Of a stretch of 64,000 nucleotides of DNA, positions 42,709 to 53,179 are shown piece after piece. Below the pieces are notes generated by a model. That model saw nothing but the letters and a program-made list of their open reading frames with translations, ran no database searches and had not been told where the DNA came from. The stretch is from Cyanophyceae cyanobacterium (GTDB lineage: Bacteria > Cyanobacteriota > Cyanobacteriia > Cyanobacteriales > Laspinemataceae), in contig JBBQFN010000016.1 of the NCBI GenBank assembly GCA_038321985.1, positions 1 through 64,000 of the forward strand, given 5' to 3'. The translations under genes and the position numbers were made by a program. Each line of letters begins with the position of its first letter. Position 1 is the first letter of the stretch.

Positions 42709-43013
42709 AAAGCTCCTCCCTACTGCCTTAATCAGGGAGGAATCGGAGATTCAAATTTACCCTGATTCAAAGGGATTTAGAAGAATTTCCAGGAGATAAA
42801 ATAGCGCAATTGTCTACTGTTATAACCATAATAACAACCGCGAAATACTCCCCCCTGTCCCCTGTATCAATTTGCTAGAGACTCCTAATGGTTTGTCTAA
42901 GAAAAGCACCCCAGTGTGAGTTATCCCCCTAGCGGAGGAACCCTAGTGGTGTGGCTCCACAGACAAGGGGCAGATAATCAGATAGACTGAGCTAGAGGAT
43001 TATTGAAAATGCT

Positions 43014-45356
43014 ATGGATGTGGGGAACAGTATGAACGCCGAAGGGTTTGCTTTTAAGCTGATTGTGGAAAAAACTGAAAATTGGGGACAAGATACCGTA
43101 ACCCTACCGGAAAATCTACCCCCTTCTGAGGCAGGGGAAAAAGCCCTCAGTGAATTTTTGCAAGTAATGCAGCTTGAGCTAGAGGATGCTCAGTTAGAGG
43201 AAGCTCAGGTCCAGGAGTACCGGGAACCCCTGACGACGTTCGTCTCGCAACCGTCGGTACAAAAAACCTTGTTAGGGGTTTTCGACAAAGACTGCAAGAC
43301 AATCTCCACGGATACTTTAGCCGAAACCTGGACGCAACTCAATCTAATTCCCCTACCGGAGGGATTTAATTGGGAGGCGGTGGCGCGGATATATTTTAAA
43401 CAGATTAAAGCCTTTGTTTACGCTAAAGAATTAGTCGATCGCCTGGTCAATCCAAACCGAGAAGATCCCCTCACTCTCGATGAAATCAAACGGGATGTTT
43501 TTATGCAACATCTGTTTGATGAACCGTGGCATGAGGTGATGCGGCAGGTAGTAAGTATGATTGATCCTGCACTAGCAGCAGAGTTACTGGATTCTTTGAT
43601 TGAAAACCAAGTCGAACCGTCTAACTTTACTCACTTATTTGTGGCAGCGGAATGTCTAGCCGTTGTAGGCGTTCACGATACCTTGGCAGGGACTGCGAAT
43701 CAATTGCGCGATCGCCTCCAATCCTTAACCCAACATCCAGAAGTAGACGAACTCATCCTCACCCGCCTCCGAGCAATTTCTACCTTAGCGCGAGTGTGGA
43801 AAACTGACCCTGATACCCTTCCCTGGTTACAGTCGCTAGTAGAGTCGCCGGTTGCCGAAACCATCCGCATGAGTGCAGTGGATGAAATCGCCCTCTCCTG
43901 GAAAGAACGCCCGGAGATTCTATCCTGGCTCAAAACCTTAGCACAATCCTCCGTTGCTGAAATTACCCGAGTCAGCGCCGTGCGATCGCTTGCCACTCAC
44001 TACAGCCAAGACCCGGAGATTCTCCCCCTACTCAAAACCTTAGCCCAAAGCGATCGCTATTGGCTGGTGCGTGAGGCGGCATTGGAAGAGTTAGCTCAAG
44101 GATGGCACGATGATCCGGATACTTTTTCCCTGATTGCCACGATCGCCCAGTCGGATCAAGAGGCCGATGTGAGAGAGGCAGCCGTAGAAGAACTCGCCAA
44201 AGGCTGGAGTCAGGGGCCGGAAACTTCGGCCCTAATCCGCACCCTTGCTGAGTCCGATCCGGATTGGCACGTCCGAATTGCAGCGATGCAGCAGTTTGCG
44301 ATCGCCTGGTATGACAACTCGGAAACCTTGGGTTGGCTGCGAACTCGCACCCTTACCGATCCGGATTGGCACGTCCGAATTGCAGCCATGCAGCAGATTG
44401 CCACGGGTTGGTTTGATGACCCAAACACGGTAGCCTGGTTACGCGATCGCATCGTTTCTGATGACGCATGGCAGGTGCGGGTCGCGGCTTTACAGCTTGC
44501 TGCGGCTTGGTTTGAAGACCCAAAAACTTTACCGATTCTGAAAAAAATTGCCACCTCCGACCGCGATCGCCGAGTGCGAGAAGCGGCAGTCCACGAGTTT
44601 ACTCGCACCTGGAAAGATGACCCGGAACTGTTACCGATTCTCAAATCCCGGGCGACTCAGGATGAACATTGGCAGGTGCGAGTCGCAGCTTTGCAACAGC
44701 TAGCAACGGGTTGGTATGACGACCCAGAAACCTTGCCCCTCCTCAAAGTTCAGGCGATCGATGATGCTTCGTCAGATGTGAGAATGACGACATTGCGGGA
44801 ACTCGCCTCCGGTTGGTTTGACGACCCAGAAACCTTGCCTCTGTTGAAAACTCGGGCCACCTCAGATCAAGGATGGGATGTGAGAATTGTGGCCCTGCGG
44901 GAATTAGCAACCGGATGGAAGGAGGACTCCGAAACTTTCCCCCTTATCAAAACCCGCGCTCAATCGGATCAAAATTGGGCAGTGCGCCTCGCCGGGGCGA
45001 TCGAGTTGGTGACCCACTGGCCGAAAGACCCAGAAACCTTCGAGATTGTCAAGGCGCGTGCTTCTACAGATGAAGATTCGTTTGTGCGACTCTCGGCCCT
45101 GCAACAGCTTGTCAAAGGGGGATTTGATAATTCCTCGGTGTTTGCCTTTTTATGCGATCGCGCCGTCAATGATCCGTTTGTTCCCCTCAAAGATGGTGCA
45201 CTCAATCCCCGGCTAACTGCCCTCGAAGCCCTCGTCCAACAGTATGGCGAGTACCCAGAAACTCTCCCCTTACTACGCGATCGCGCCCAATCTGACCCGG
45301 ATGAAAAAGTTCGCGCCTTTGCTCAATCCGTCTTAGCGACTCCACCCAAAAACTAG
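43014..45356 (+). CDS. HEAT-repeat protein with an N-terminal helical domain; no NTPase motif
   Basis: About 14 repeats of about 34 aa (PETLPLLKxRAxSDxxWxVRxAALxELAxGW); no Walker A seen. Confidence 0.85.
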   Translation: MDVGNSMNAEGFAFKLIVEKTENWGQDTVTLPENLPPSEAGEKALSEFLQVMQLELEDAQLEEAQVQEYREPLTTFVSQPSVQKTLLGVFDKDCKTISTDTLAETWTQLNLIPLPEGFNWEAVARIYFKQIKAFVYAKELVDRLVNPNREDPLTLDEIKRDVFMQHLFDEPWHEVMRQVVSMIDPALAAELLDSLIENQVEPSNFTHLFVAAECLAVVGVHDTLAGTANQLRDRLQSLTQHPEVDELILTRLRAISTLARVWKTDPDTLPWLQSLVESPVAETIRMSAVDEIALSWKERPEILSWLKTLAQSSVAEITRVSAVRSLATHYSQDPEILPLLKTLAQSDRYWLVREAALEELAQGWHDDPDTFSLIATIAQSDQEADVREAAVEELAKGWSQGPETSALIRTLAESDPDWHVRIAAMQQFAIAWYDNSETLGWLRTRTLTDPDWHVRIAAMQQIATGWFDDPNTVAWLRDRIVSDDAWQVRVAALQLAAAWFEDPKTLPILKKIATSDRDRRVREAAVHEFTRTWKDDPELLPILKSRATQDEHWQVRVAALQQLATGWYDDPETLPLLKVQAIDDASSDVRMTTLRELASGWFDDPETLPLLKTRATSDQGWDVRIVALRELATGWKEDSETFPLIKTRAQSDQNWAVRLAGAIELVTHWPKDPETFEIVKARASTDEDSFVRLSALQQLVKGGFDNSSVFAFLCDRAVNDPFVPLKDGALNPRLTALEALVQQYGEYPETLPLLRDRAQSDPDEKVRAFAQSVLATPPKN

Positions 45357-45649
45357 AAAGAGTCTTTCTGATCTCATCCCTTGACAAAATGCCTGCTTTA
45401 TCCACTAGCTCAACTCTTATCCCTTCCTAGGCGATCGAGGCTGGCTGGCGGGACTTACGCCATCTAACCCCAAAACCCAGTTTGAGGTGTAAGTCCTGAG
45501 CATCAGCCGTCATCAAATTGAGAAATTACCACCACAGAGGCTCCAGGAGTTCCCGGTATTCAGGGGACCCATTTAAGGGACCGGGAAACTCTATTTCATC
45601 CGGCTTGCCGCGTCCCCTCTCTTCTAGCCTAATTCATTTAAGAGAAATT

Positions 45650-46480
45650 ATGGAACTATTTACTCTGCTTTTAACCGGAATTCTCACCTTAGTATCCCCT
45701 GTGGGGGTGACCTTCGATAATATCGCCGAGAGAAACATCCGCGATTCCCTCTATGATGCCGAACAGTTGGAAGTCCGACTAGATAATGCTCCCAATTACT
45801 TTCTACTCACGGGGAATGTCAAAAAATTACGGGTGGCCGGTCGGGGATTGTATATTACGCCAGATTTCCGCATTGATACGGTGGAAATAGAAAGCGACCC
45901 GATCGCCGTAGATCTCGATCGCCTCAATCAAGAAGACCGGCGATCGATCCCGCGCTTTCTCCGGGCACCCTTACAGGCGGGGATGCGCTTGGTCCTCACC
46001 GAAGCAGACATCAATCAAGCATTGAGATCTCGGGCCGCGGCTGAACCCCTGCGCGAACTCGGCATTGGCCTCACCCGCACCAATGACCCCGATGCCCAAA
46101 CCGATCCCCAGCGCTTTCAAATTGTTAACCCCGAGGTGGAATTTTTAGGCAATAACCGCCTGCGCTTTCAGCTAGAGATTCAGGACCGCCGGGATAATGA
46201 ATCGGTACAAATCCTTTTGGAGACCGGGTTAGCCCCGGTTGGCGGTGCCAGGATTCAAGCCGTCAACCCGACGATCCGAATTAACGATGAAGAGGCCCCC
46301 ACTCAGCTAATTACACTTTTCTCGCGAATCCTCGATCGCGCCTTAGATCTCAGAAAATACGAAGACCGGGGATTATTCGCCCGATTTTTAAAATTTGAAG
46401 TAGGTCCGGATGGCCTAGAGGTCGCCGCTTTTATCCGCATTGATCAGCCCGATGCGTTGTCAGTCTTGAGTCCAGAATAA
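45650..46480 (+). CDS. DUF2993 (LmeA-like) protein, paralog of 41890-42708
   Basis: MELFTLLL start; LEVRLDNAPNY..RVAGRG..IESDPI..LTEADIN. Confidence 0.75.
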   Translation: MELFTLLLTGILTLVSPVGVTFDNIAERNIRDSLYDAEQLEVRLDNAPNYFLLTGNVKKLRVAGRGLYITPDFRIDTVEIESDPIAVDLDRLNQEDRRSIPRFLRAPLQAGMRLVLTEADINQALRSRAAAEPLRELGIGLTRTNDPDAQTDPQRFQIVNPEVEFLGNNRLRFQLEIQDRRDNESVQILLETGLAPVGGARIQAVNPTIRINDEEAPTQLITLFSRILDRALDLRKYEDRGLFARFLKFEVGPDGLEVAAFIRIDQPDALSVLSPE

Positions 46481-46776
46481 GTTTTCGGGAAATTTAGTCC
46501 CTTCCCTTGTAGTTTGCTCAGAAGGTCTAGCGGCCTCTTCAATAAAGATGAAGCTATTAGTTCTTAAGGCATTGGCGATCGCCAATCACCCCGATCAGCG
46601 GATCAGTGCGCGGAAGAATCCAGGGATTGCAACAAGCAGTCCCCCTGGCGGATCTCACCGGGCATTAGTTGCCACTCTTAACCTGTAGAGGACTGAAACA
46701 TCCCCTCAGTTCAAGGGAACAAAATCCGCTTTTCTTATTAGTGAATATTGTTTAACTGTTGAGGAGAACTTTTGAT

Positions 46777-47430
46777 ATGCAAAATGGACAAGCTCGCCGC
46801 CTTCCCCTGGGTGTTATTGCGACTCTCTCCGCCCTAGTGGTGGCGGCTGGGGGTGGTACCGCTTGGTGGGCCGTGAACTCTCAAAAGGACGTTACTATCA
46901 ATGGCATGACCCCGGTTCCCGTGCAAACTAGGGAACCGTCTTCAAACATTGAGGTGACCCAGGACCCGAATTCAACTTCCCCCACCCTACTCAATCCCGT
47001 TGAGCAAACGGTACAAATTTATTTGGTCCAAGACACGGGGAGCCAATTTGAACTAGCCTCCGTCCCGGTTGCCGTAAAAGCGGCTGAAAAACCCGATGCC
47101 GTGTTAAAAGCGGCTCTCGATCGCTTAGTCACCGAACCCAACGCGGCGGCGGCCTTCAGTGAAATTCCCACCGGCACCCAAGTGCTGAATGTAGAGGTTA
47201 AAAATAATGGCGTTTATGTCAACCTCTCCCCAGAGTTTACCGCTGGCGGTGGCAGTAGCTCAATGACAGCCAGATTGGGGCAGGTGGTTTATACTGCTAC
47301 CACCTTGGATCCAAATGCCGCAGTCTGGATTTCCGTAGGCGGTGAACCCCTGGAAGTGTTAGGCGGTGAAGGGTTAGAGGTTCCTCTGCCCATTACCCGC
47401 ACAATTTTTGAGTCGGAGTTTCCCCTGTAA
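46777..47430 (+). CDS. GerMN domain protein
   Basis: GAGGAG RBS; IPTGTQVL..VNLSPEF..GGGSSSMTARLGQVVYTAT. Confidence 0.85.
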   Translation: MQNGQARRLPLGVIATLSALVVAAGGGTAWWAVNSQKDVTINGMTPVPVQTREPSSNIEVTQDPNSTSPTLLNPVEQTVQIYLVQDTGSQFELASVPVAVKAAEKPDAVLKAALDRLVTEPNAAAAFSEIPTGTQVLNVEVKNNGVYVNLSPEFTAGGGSSSMTARLGQVVYTATTLDPNAAVWISVGGEPLEVLGGEGLEVPLPITRTIFESEFPL

Positions 47431-47577
47431 ATGATCACCCGTGGGGTTCTGATCGGTCTATAAAAACCCATAGCCTAAAGGCTGGAAGCTCACAGACCAA
47501 AGCTCTGCCTGTCGCTTCTCGTAAGAGAAAACAGACTGGGTAAAAACGAATGGGGTAGATTGCCGGTTTTAAACGGA

Positions 47578-47620
47578 TTGACCCCCAAGCCCCTTTTAAC
47601 TGGGGAGGCTTGGGGGTCAA
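47578..47620. terminator. Stem-loop between convergent genes
   Basis: Perfect 14-bp arms TTGACCCCCAAGCC / GGCTTGGGGGTCAA. Confidence 0.6.
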
Positions 47621-47703
47621 TTTCTTGGGTCTTTAATAAATATAGCTTGCCTTCTCACGGCTAGGGCTAGAGGATATCCCCGAGCCAGGACCCCAATTCT
47701 GGA

Positions 47704-48057
47704 TCATCGTTTCCCATGCCAGCTTAAAGCTCTAAATTGACGGGCTTGTTCTTCAATCCGGGCCGCAAGGCGATCGCAGACGAGGTTACACAGCTCGAAA
47801 ATCAGGGGGTCTTCAACGCGATAATAAGCCGAAGTCCCCTCCGTGCGACGACTGAGGATTCCAGCTTGTAGCATCACTTTCAGATGCTTAGAAACATTGG
47901 CCTGACTCGTAGAAGTGGCCTCCACTAATTCTTGCACGCATTTTTCCTCGTCTCTGAGCAAGTTTAAGAGCTTCAAGCGCATCGGCTCGCTCAAAATACT
48001 GAAGTATTCCGCCACTTGTTGCAAGACCTCTTGTGGTAAGGGCTGCGATCGTTTCAT
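47704..48057 (-). CDS. ArsR/SmtB family transcriptional regulator
   Basis: LSEPMRLKLL, CVQEL, SQANVSKHL, C-terminal CNLVC. Confidence 0.9.
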   Translation of the reverse strand: MKRSQPLPQEVLQQVAEYFSILSEPMRLKLLNLLRDEEKCVQELVEATSTSQANVSKHLKVMLQAGILSRRTEGTSAYYRVEDPLIFELCNLVCDRLAARIEEQARQFRALSWHGKR

Positions 48058-48155
48058 GGCCAGGGTCCTAAAGAATTACCCAATTTTTCTATTTTCCTAA
48101 TTGTAACACTAAACCGATTGATAACAATTAAGTAATTAAACGAGCATTAATCGGG

Positions 48156-48187
48156 AGTCAATTGTCTTGAGGGCAAGACAATCGACT
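48156..48187 (-). terminator. Hairpin downstream of accB
   Basis: AGTCAATTGTCTTG-AGGG-CAAGACAATCGACT. Confidence 0.5.
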
Positions 48188-48208
48188 AACCCCAATCGAT
48201 AGAAAATA

Positions 48209-48769
48209 TCACTCGGGGCTAATCCGCATTAAAGGCTGACCGTATTCAACCGGAGTGCCATTTTCCACCAAAATTTCCACCACTTGTCCGGAAACCTCAG
48301 CTTCAATTTCATTCATCAACTTCATCGCCTCAATGATGCAGACGGTTTGGCCGAGTTTGATGCGATCGCCCACAGCTACAAATGGCGCTTCATCCGGAGA
48401 GGGAGAGCGATAGAAAGTCCCCACCATAGGGGAAATCACCTCTAAATACTTGCGATCGTTGGCACTTGGAGCCCCAGCACTTACCCCATTAGCCCCAGAG
48501 GAATTCGCCCCAGCCGCCCCAGGAGTACCCGGGCTCGGTGGTGCAGGAATAGGAGGAGGTTGAACCGTTGCCCCGGGGGTCGCCACTGCCCCAGTACCCT
48601 CAGCCACCGGAAGCAACCCCCCATCGACTGGGATCCCAATACGCTCGGCAATCATCCGGTCTTTGCGCAGAGTTAACTCAAAATCGCCACTTTTTAAAAT
48701 CAGCTCTGAAATATCCGTTCCATTGAAAGCCCCAAGCAGCTCGCTCAGTTGGCTCAAATCCAGTTGCAC
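48209..48769 (-). CDS. accB: Acetyl-CoA carboxylase biotin carboxyl carrier protein
   Basis: [18 protein letters not shown]; downstream of efp. Confidence 0.96.
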   Translation of the reverse strand: MQLDLSQLSELLGAFNGTDISELILKSGDFELTLRKDRMIAERIGIPVDGGLLPVAEGTGAVATPGATVQPPPIPAPPSPGTPGAAGANSSGANGVSAGAPSANDRKYLEVISPMVGTFYRSPSPDEAPFVAVGDRIKLGQTVCIIEAMKLMNEIEAEVSGQVVEILVENGTPVEYGQPLMRISPE

Positions 48770-48972
48770 AGTTTCTTTGACCCCGTAAAATCAACGTTGA
48801 GCTTCTCTAGCTTTTCCCCATTCAGCCCTCCCTTGGGCGATCGCCTCGCCGGCTTTGGGATAGAGCAACCGCAAAAACCCTTAACGACAGTCTAGGAGAG
48901 CGAATAAACACCGCTCTCCTGGGTGCTAACAGACACCGGGACTAACCGCTAGTGGCTCAAGCCACAATTTAT

Positions 48973-49530
48973 TTATTCTCGGCCCAGATAGGAATCGTTG
49001 CGGGTATCGATTTTAATCCGTTCCCCGATCGTAATGAACAACGGAACCATCACTTCCGCCCCAGTTTCCACCGTCGCAGGTTTGGTTCCACCGGTTGCGG
49101 TATCACCTTTGATGCCCGGGTCGGTTTGCGTGACTTCCAAAACTACCGAGTTGGGCAGTTCGACTTCCAGCACTTGTTCGCCCCAGCGGACGACACTCAC
49201 TTCCATTCCTTCCTTGAGATACTTGACGCGATCGCCAATCTGCTGCTCACTTAAACTGGTCTCTTCATACGTTCCCATATCCATAAACACTAATTGTTCA
49301 CCTTCTCTATAGGTGTACTGCATCGTGTTTTTTTCTAAGGTAGCTTGGGGCACGCTTTCTGCAGCACGAAAGGTACGCTCAATCACGCTACCAGTTTGCA
49401 CGTTTTTTAATTTCGTGCGCACAAAGGCCGAGCCTTTACCAGGTTTGACGTGGAGGAATTCAATCACCCGCCACACAACCCCATCTAATTCAATTGTGAC
49501 GCCGGTGCGAAAATCATTACTGGAGATCAT
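48973..49530 (-). CDS. efp: Translation elongation factor P
   Basis: [26 protein letters not shown]. Confidence 0.98.
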   Translation of the reverse strand: MISSNDFRTGVTIELDGVVWRVIEFLHVKPGKGSAFVRTKLKNVQTGSVIERTFRAAESVPQATLEKNTMQYTYREGEQLVFMDMGTYEETSLSEQQIGDRVKYLKEGMEVSVVRWGEQVLEVELPNSVVLEVTQTDPGIKGDTATGGTKPATVETGAEVMVPLFITIGERIKIDTRNDSYLGRE

Positions 49531-49731
49531 GAATCTTCATTGGGGGAGAACAATCGGGATTTTATTTTACCGCGAATTACCCGCTTGAATGGTATCGGAT
49601 CAAATTGCCCCGATCAGAACCCCTCGGACCGATCCCCTCGGACCCTTGCCAATAATTCCCCACCGCCCCCAGCAACTTCCCCGGGTATGGGAAGATTGAT
49701 CTATGACGATTAAAAAGGATTCAGAGATATA

Positions 49732-50877
49732 TTGATGTTTGCTTTGAGTAAAAAAATTACAAATTTATGGCAACGCGGGCTGAAAGCCGCCTTATTGGTC
49801 ATGGTGATGACCAGTCTCTCCCTAGGGTTGAGCGCTGCTTGGTGGGATGGAGACAATAGTTCCGCTAATAATCGCACCAGCGTACTCCCTCAAGGCAATG
49901 CCATCACTGACGGTAAAGCTCTGTTACGGTACGCATTACCCATTGAAAATCAGGCCATCCGCGAGGCCCAAAGCAGTTTGGAAGACATTTCTCAGCAACT
50001 GCGCGGGAAACGCTGGAGTCCCATAACCAGTGATATCACCAAAGCCTCGGGAATTTTTACCAATCGCACTGCAGATATCTTGGAAGATATCCCGCAGTCT
50101 CAACAAGCCGATGCTAATGCCATCCTCGCCCAAATTAAAGAGGAAATTGGCACCGTGCGATCGGCAGTAGAGGCTGAGGATAAGCCGGGGACTCAAGACG
50201 GACGCGATCGCCTCCTTAACTTAATCGGCCAACTAGAAGAGATGATGGTTGGGGAATTCCCCTATCAAGTCCCAGCCGAATACAGCCACCTGCCCCAACT
50301 TCAGGGTCGCGCGACGGTAGCCGTAGAAACTAACCAAGGCAGTTTAAAAGTAGTGCTCGACGGATATAGCGCTCCCGTCACCTCCGGCAACTTTGTCGAT
50401 CTCGTCCAGCGCGGTTTCTACGATGGCCTAGAGTTTATTCGTTCGGAAGACTTCTACGTTCTGCAAACCGGGGATCCGGTGGGACCCGACCAAGGATTTA
50501 TGGACCCTGATACAGGCGAATATCGTAATATTCCCTTGGAAGTCCTCGTCCGTGGCGATACTCAGCCCACCTACGGGATTACTTTAGAAGAGGCGGGACG
50601 GTTTCGAGAGCAGCCGGTACTGCCTTTCTCAGCCTTTGGAACGGTGGCGATGGCACGTCCGGAAGATGACCCCGACGGCGCTTCTTCTCAGTTTTTCTTC
50701 TTTCTATTTGAACCGGAGTTAACTCCGGCTGGCCTCAATTTACTTGATGGTCGTTATTCGGTCTTTGGCTATGTAGTCGAAGGGAAGGAGATTTTAGAGA
50801 AGCTGAAACAGGGGGATAAAATTCTTTCGATGAAAGTGGTTCAAGGGGCCGAAAATTTCGTTCTCCCCCCCAAATAG
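49732..50877 (+). CDS. Thylakoid lumen cyclophilin-type PPIase (TLP40/CYP38-like)
   Basis: LLRYALPI, DGYSAPVTSGNFVDLV, QTGDP, SSQFFF, LDGRYSVFGY. Confidence 0.9.
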   Translation: MMFALSKKITNLWQRGLKAALLVMVMTSLSLGLSAAWWDGDNSSANNRTSVLPQGNAITDGKALLRYALPIENQAIREAQSSLEDISQQLRGKRWSPITSDITKASGIFTNRTADILEDIPQSQQADANAILAQIKEEIGTVRSAVEAEDKPGTQDGRDRLLNLIGQLEEMMVGEFPYQVPAEYSHLPQLQGRATVAVETNQGSLKVVLDGYSAPVTSGNFVDLVQRGFYDGLEFIRSEDFYVLQTGDPVGPDQGFMDPDTGEYRNIPLEVLVRGDTQPTYGITLEEAGRFREQPVLPFSAFGTVAMARPEDDPDGASSQFFFFLFEPELTPAGLNLLDGRYSVFGYVVEGKEILEKLKQGDKILSMKVVQGAENFVLPPK

Positions 50878-50936
50878 CTAAGGGTTCACCGGATCAGGGA
50901 GACTGCTGAGAATAGGCGGTTTCTGATATAAGTCTA

Positions 50937-52004
50937 GTGGGTTTTTCCACTAGACTTTACTATTTTGTGGGGGTTAGAAACGTGGTAAGCAATGATCCAG
51001 AATATTCCCCTTCTGTTGGAGAAGTGGGGGAACAGGGACTTTTAAAACGATTGCAGCGATTTTGTCCACCGGAGTGGGTGGGAGATGATGCAGCCGCGAT
51101 CGCCATGACAGCGGAACCGAATCGGTCGTTAGTGGTAACGACGGATATGTTAGTAGATGGGGTGCATTTTAGCGATCGCACAACCTCTGCTGAAGATGTG
51201 GGGTGGCGGGCGGCAGCGGCCAATTTATCGGATTTAGCCGCAATGGGTGCAACTCCGTTAGCAATCACCGTCAGTTTAGGGCTGAAAGGGGATACCCTCG
51301 TGTCTTGGGTAGAGGGGGTTTATACGGGGATGGTCAGTTGTCTGAACTCCTATCAGACTGCGATCGCCGGGGGGGATATTTGCAAATCGCCCGTGAATGT
51401 GATTTCGATTACGGCATTCGGTTGGGTGCCAACGAACCGGACAATTCGACGCCAAAATGGAAAACCTGGGGATGCGATCGTGGTAACGGGAGTACATGGA
51501 GCCTCCCGAGCCGGGTTAGAATTGTTATTGCATTCAGAAACCGGGAAAGACTTACCAGAAGGGGATAGGCGCTTTTTAATCAGAGCGCATCAACGTCCGA
51601 ACCCGCGACTGGATGTTTTACCCGTCCTCTGGGAGGTGATGGGGGAGGAGGCAGAGGTAGCCGGGATGGATAGTTCGGATGGGTTAGCCGATGCGATCGT
51701 GCAGATTACCCGTGCCAGTGGGGTAGGGGCAAGTTTAGACCGCGCTTTAATTCCCATGCCACCGAGTTTGAGGCAAATCATCGGCGAGGAACGGGCTATG
51801 GAGTGGGCCTTATACGGGGGAGAAGATTTTGAGCTGGTGCTGTGCTTACCGGATCTGGCGGCTCGTCAGTTCGTTAACCGCATCGGAAACGGGGCAGCTA
51901 TTGTGGGGAGCCTAACAAAAAGCACCAGGGTTTGTCTAACGGACTCCACTGGTGCTTATGCTGAGGAAGTTCTCACTCAAAGTTTGAGTTTTCAGCATTT
52001 TTAA
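50937..52004 (+). CDS. thiL: Thiamine-monophosphate kinase (start may be slightly downstream)
   Basis: GDDAA, TDMLVDGVHF, NLSDLAAMG, MDSSDGL, GGEDFEL. Confidence 0.95.
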   Translation: MGFSTRLYYFVGVRNVVSNDPEYSPSVGEVGEQGLLKRLQRFCPPEWVGDDAAAIAMTAEPNRSLVVTTDMLVDGVHFSDRTTSAEDVGWRAAAANLSDLAAMGATPLAITVSLGLKGDTLVSWVEGVYTGMVSCLNSYQTAIAGGDICKSPVNVISITAFGWVPTNRTIRRQNGKPGDAIVVTGVHGASRAGLELLLHSETGKDLPEGDRRFLIRAHQRPNPRLDVLPVLWEVMGEEAEVAGMDSSDGLADAIVQITRASGVGASLDRALIPMPPSLRQIIGEERAMEWALYGGEDFELVLCLPDLAARQFVNRIGNGAAIVGSLTKSTRVCLTDSTGAYAEEVLTQSLSFQHF

Positions 52005-52081
52005 CCTTAAGGTTATAGATGAGTTTTGAAAGGGGAATGAATCAGTCCGGAATCAAAACTCATTGCCTTAGATTTTTATGC

Positions 52082-53092
52082 TTACCATTTTTGAGCGACG
52101 AGTTCCGCTAAGTCAACCACACGCTGACTATAACCCCACTCGTTATCGTACCAGCCGATCACTTTAACCATGTCTCCATCCATGACCATCGTCAAGCTGG
52201 CATCGACAATTGACGATGCATTATGACCTTTATAGTCGGAGGAGACTAAAGGTTCATCAGAGTATTCCAAAATGCCTTTCATCTTACCTTTAGCGGCAGA
52301 TTCTAAGACTTCATTGACTTGTTCAGCAAACGTCTTTTTCTCAACCTGAGCCACCAAATCTACGACAGAAACGTTGGGTGTAGGCACACGCATCGCGATC
52401 CCGTTCAACTTACCCGCCATCTCTGGAATGACTAAAGCAACCGCTTTAGCTGCACCCGTCGAAGTCGGAACGATATTAAGTGCAGCAGCCCGAGCACGAC
52501 GCACATCCCGGTGGCTAGAATCAAGCAACCGTTGGTCGCCCGTGTAGCTGTGGGTTGTGGTCATCATGCCTTTGATGATGCCAAAATTGTCGTTGATGAC
52601 CTTAACGATCGGGGCTAAACAGTTGGTGGTACAGCTAGCATTACTGATGATGTTGTACTCGGCGGGGTCGTACTGCTCATGGTTGACTCCCATGACAAAA
52701 GTGCCAACTTTACTGCCTTTTCCAGGAGCAGTAATCAACACTTTTTTTGCACCTGCTTGAATATGCTTTGAGGCTCCTTCTTCGGTTACAAAAACTCCGG
52801 TGGATTCAATAACCAAATCAACTCCCCAAGCAGCCCAGGGCAAGTTTAAGGGATTGCGATCGGAGACACATTTAATGGTCTTGCCGTTGACGGTAATGGA
52901 GTTTTCATCGGCACTAATGTCAGCATTCAACGTTCCCAACATGGAATCGTATTTGAGTAGATGAGCGTTGGTGCTTGGGTCGGAGGTATCGTTCACACCG
53001 ACCAGTTCGAGTTGGCTGTTGGATCTGGTTAACCAGCAGCGCAGAAAGTTGCGTCCGATACGTCCAAAACCGTTAATCGCTACTCTAATCAC
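52082..53092 (-). CDS. gap2: Glyceraldehyde-3-phosphate dehydrogenase, NAD(P)-dependent (Calvin cycle type)
   Basis: [44 protein letters not shown]. Confidence 0.93.
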   Translation of the reverse strand: MIRVAINGFGRIGRNFLRCWLTRSNSQLELVGVNDTSDPSTNAHLLKYDSMLGTLNADISADENSITVNGKTIKCVSDRNPLNLPWAAWGVDLVIESTGVFVTEEGASKHIQAGAKKVLITAPGKGSKVGTFVMGVNHEQYDPAEYNIISNASCTTNCLAPIVKVINDNFGIIKGMMTTTHSYTGDQRLLDSSHRDVRRARAAALNIVPTSTGAAKAVALVIPEMAGKLNGIAMRVPTPNVSVVDLVAQVEKKTFAEQVNEVLESAAKGKMKGILEYSDEPLVSSDYKGHNASSIVDASLTMVMDGDMVKVIGWYDNEWGYSQRVVDLAELVAQKW

Positions 53093-53179
53093 TGCGTCTT
53101 GCCCCTTTCTTTAATCTAAAACTGCCTAACGTAATGAACCCAATCATATCCCAACGGGTGTAAATTTCGATCAGATTTT

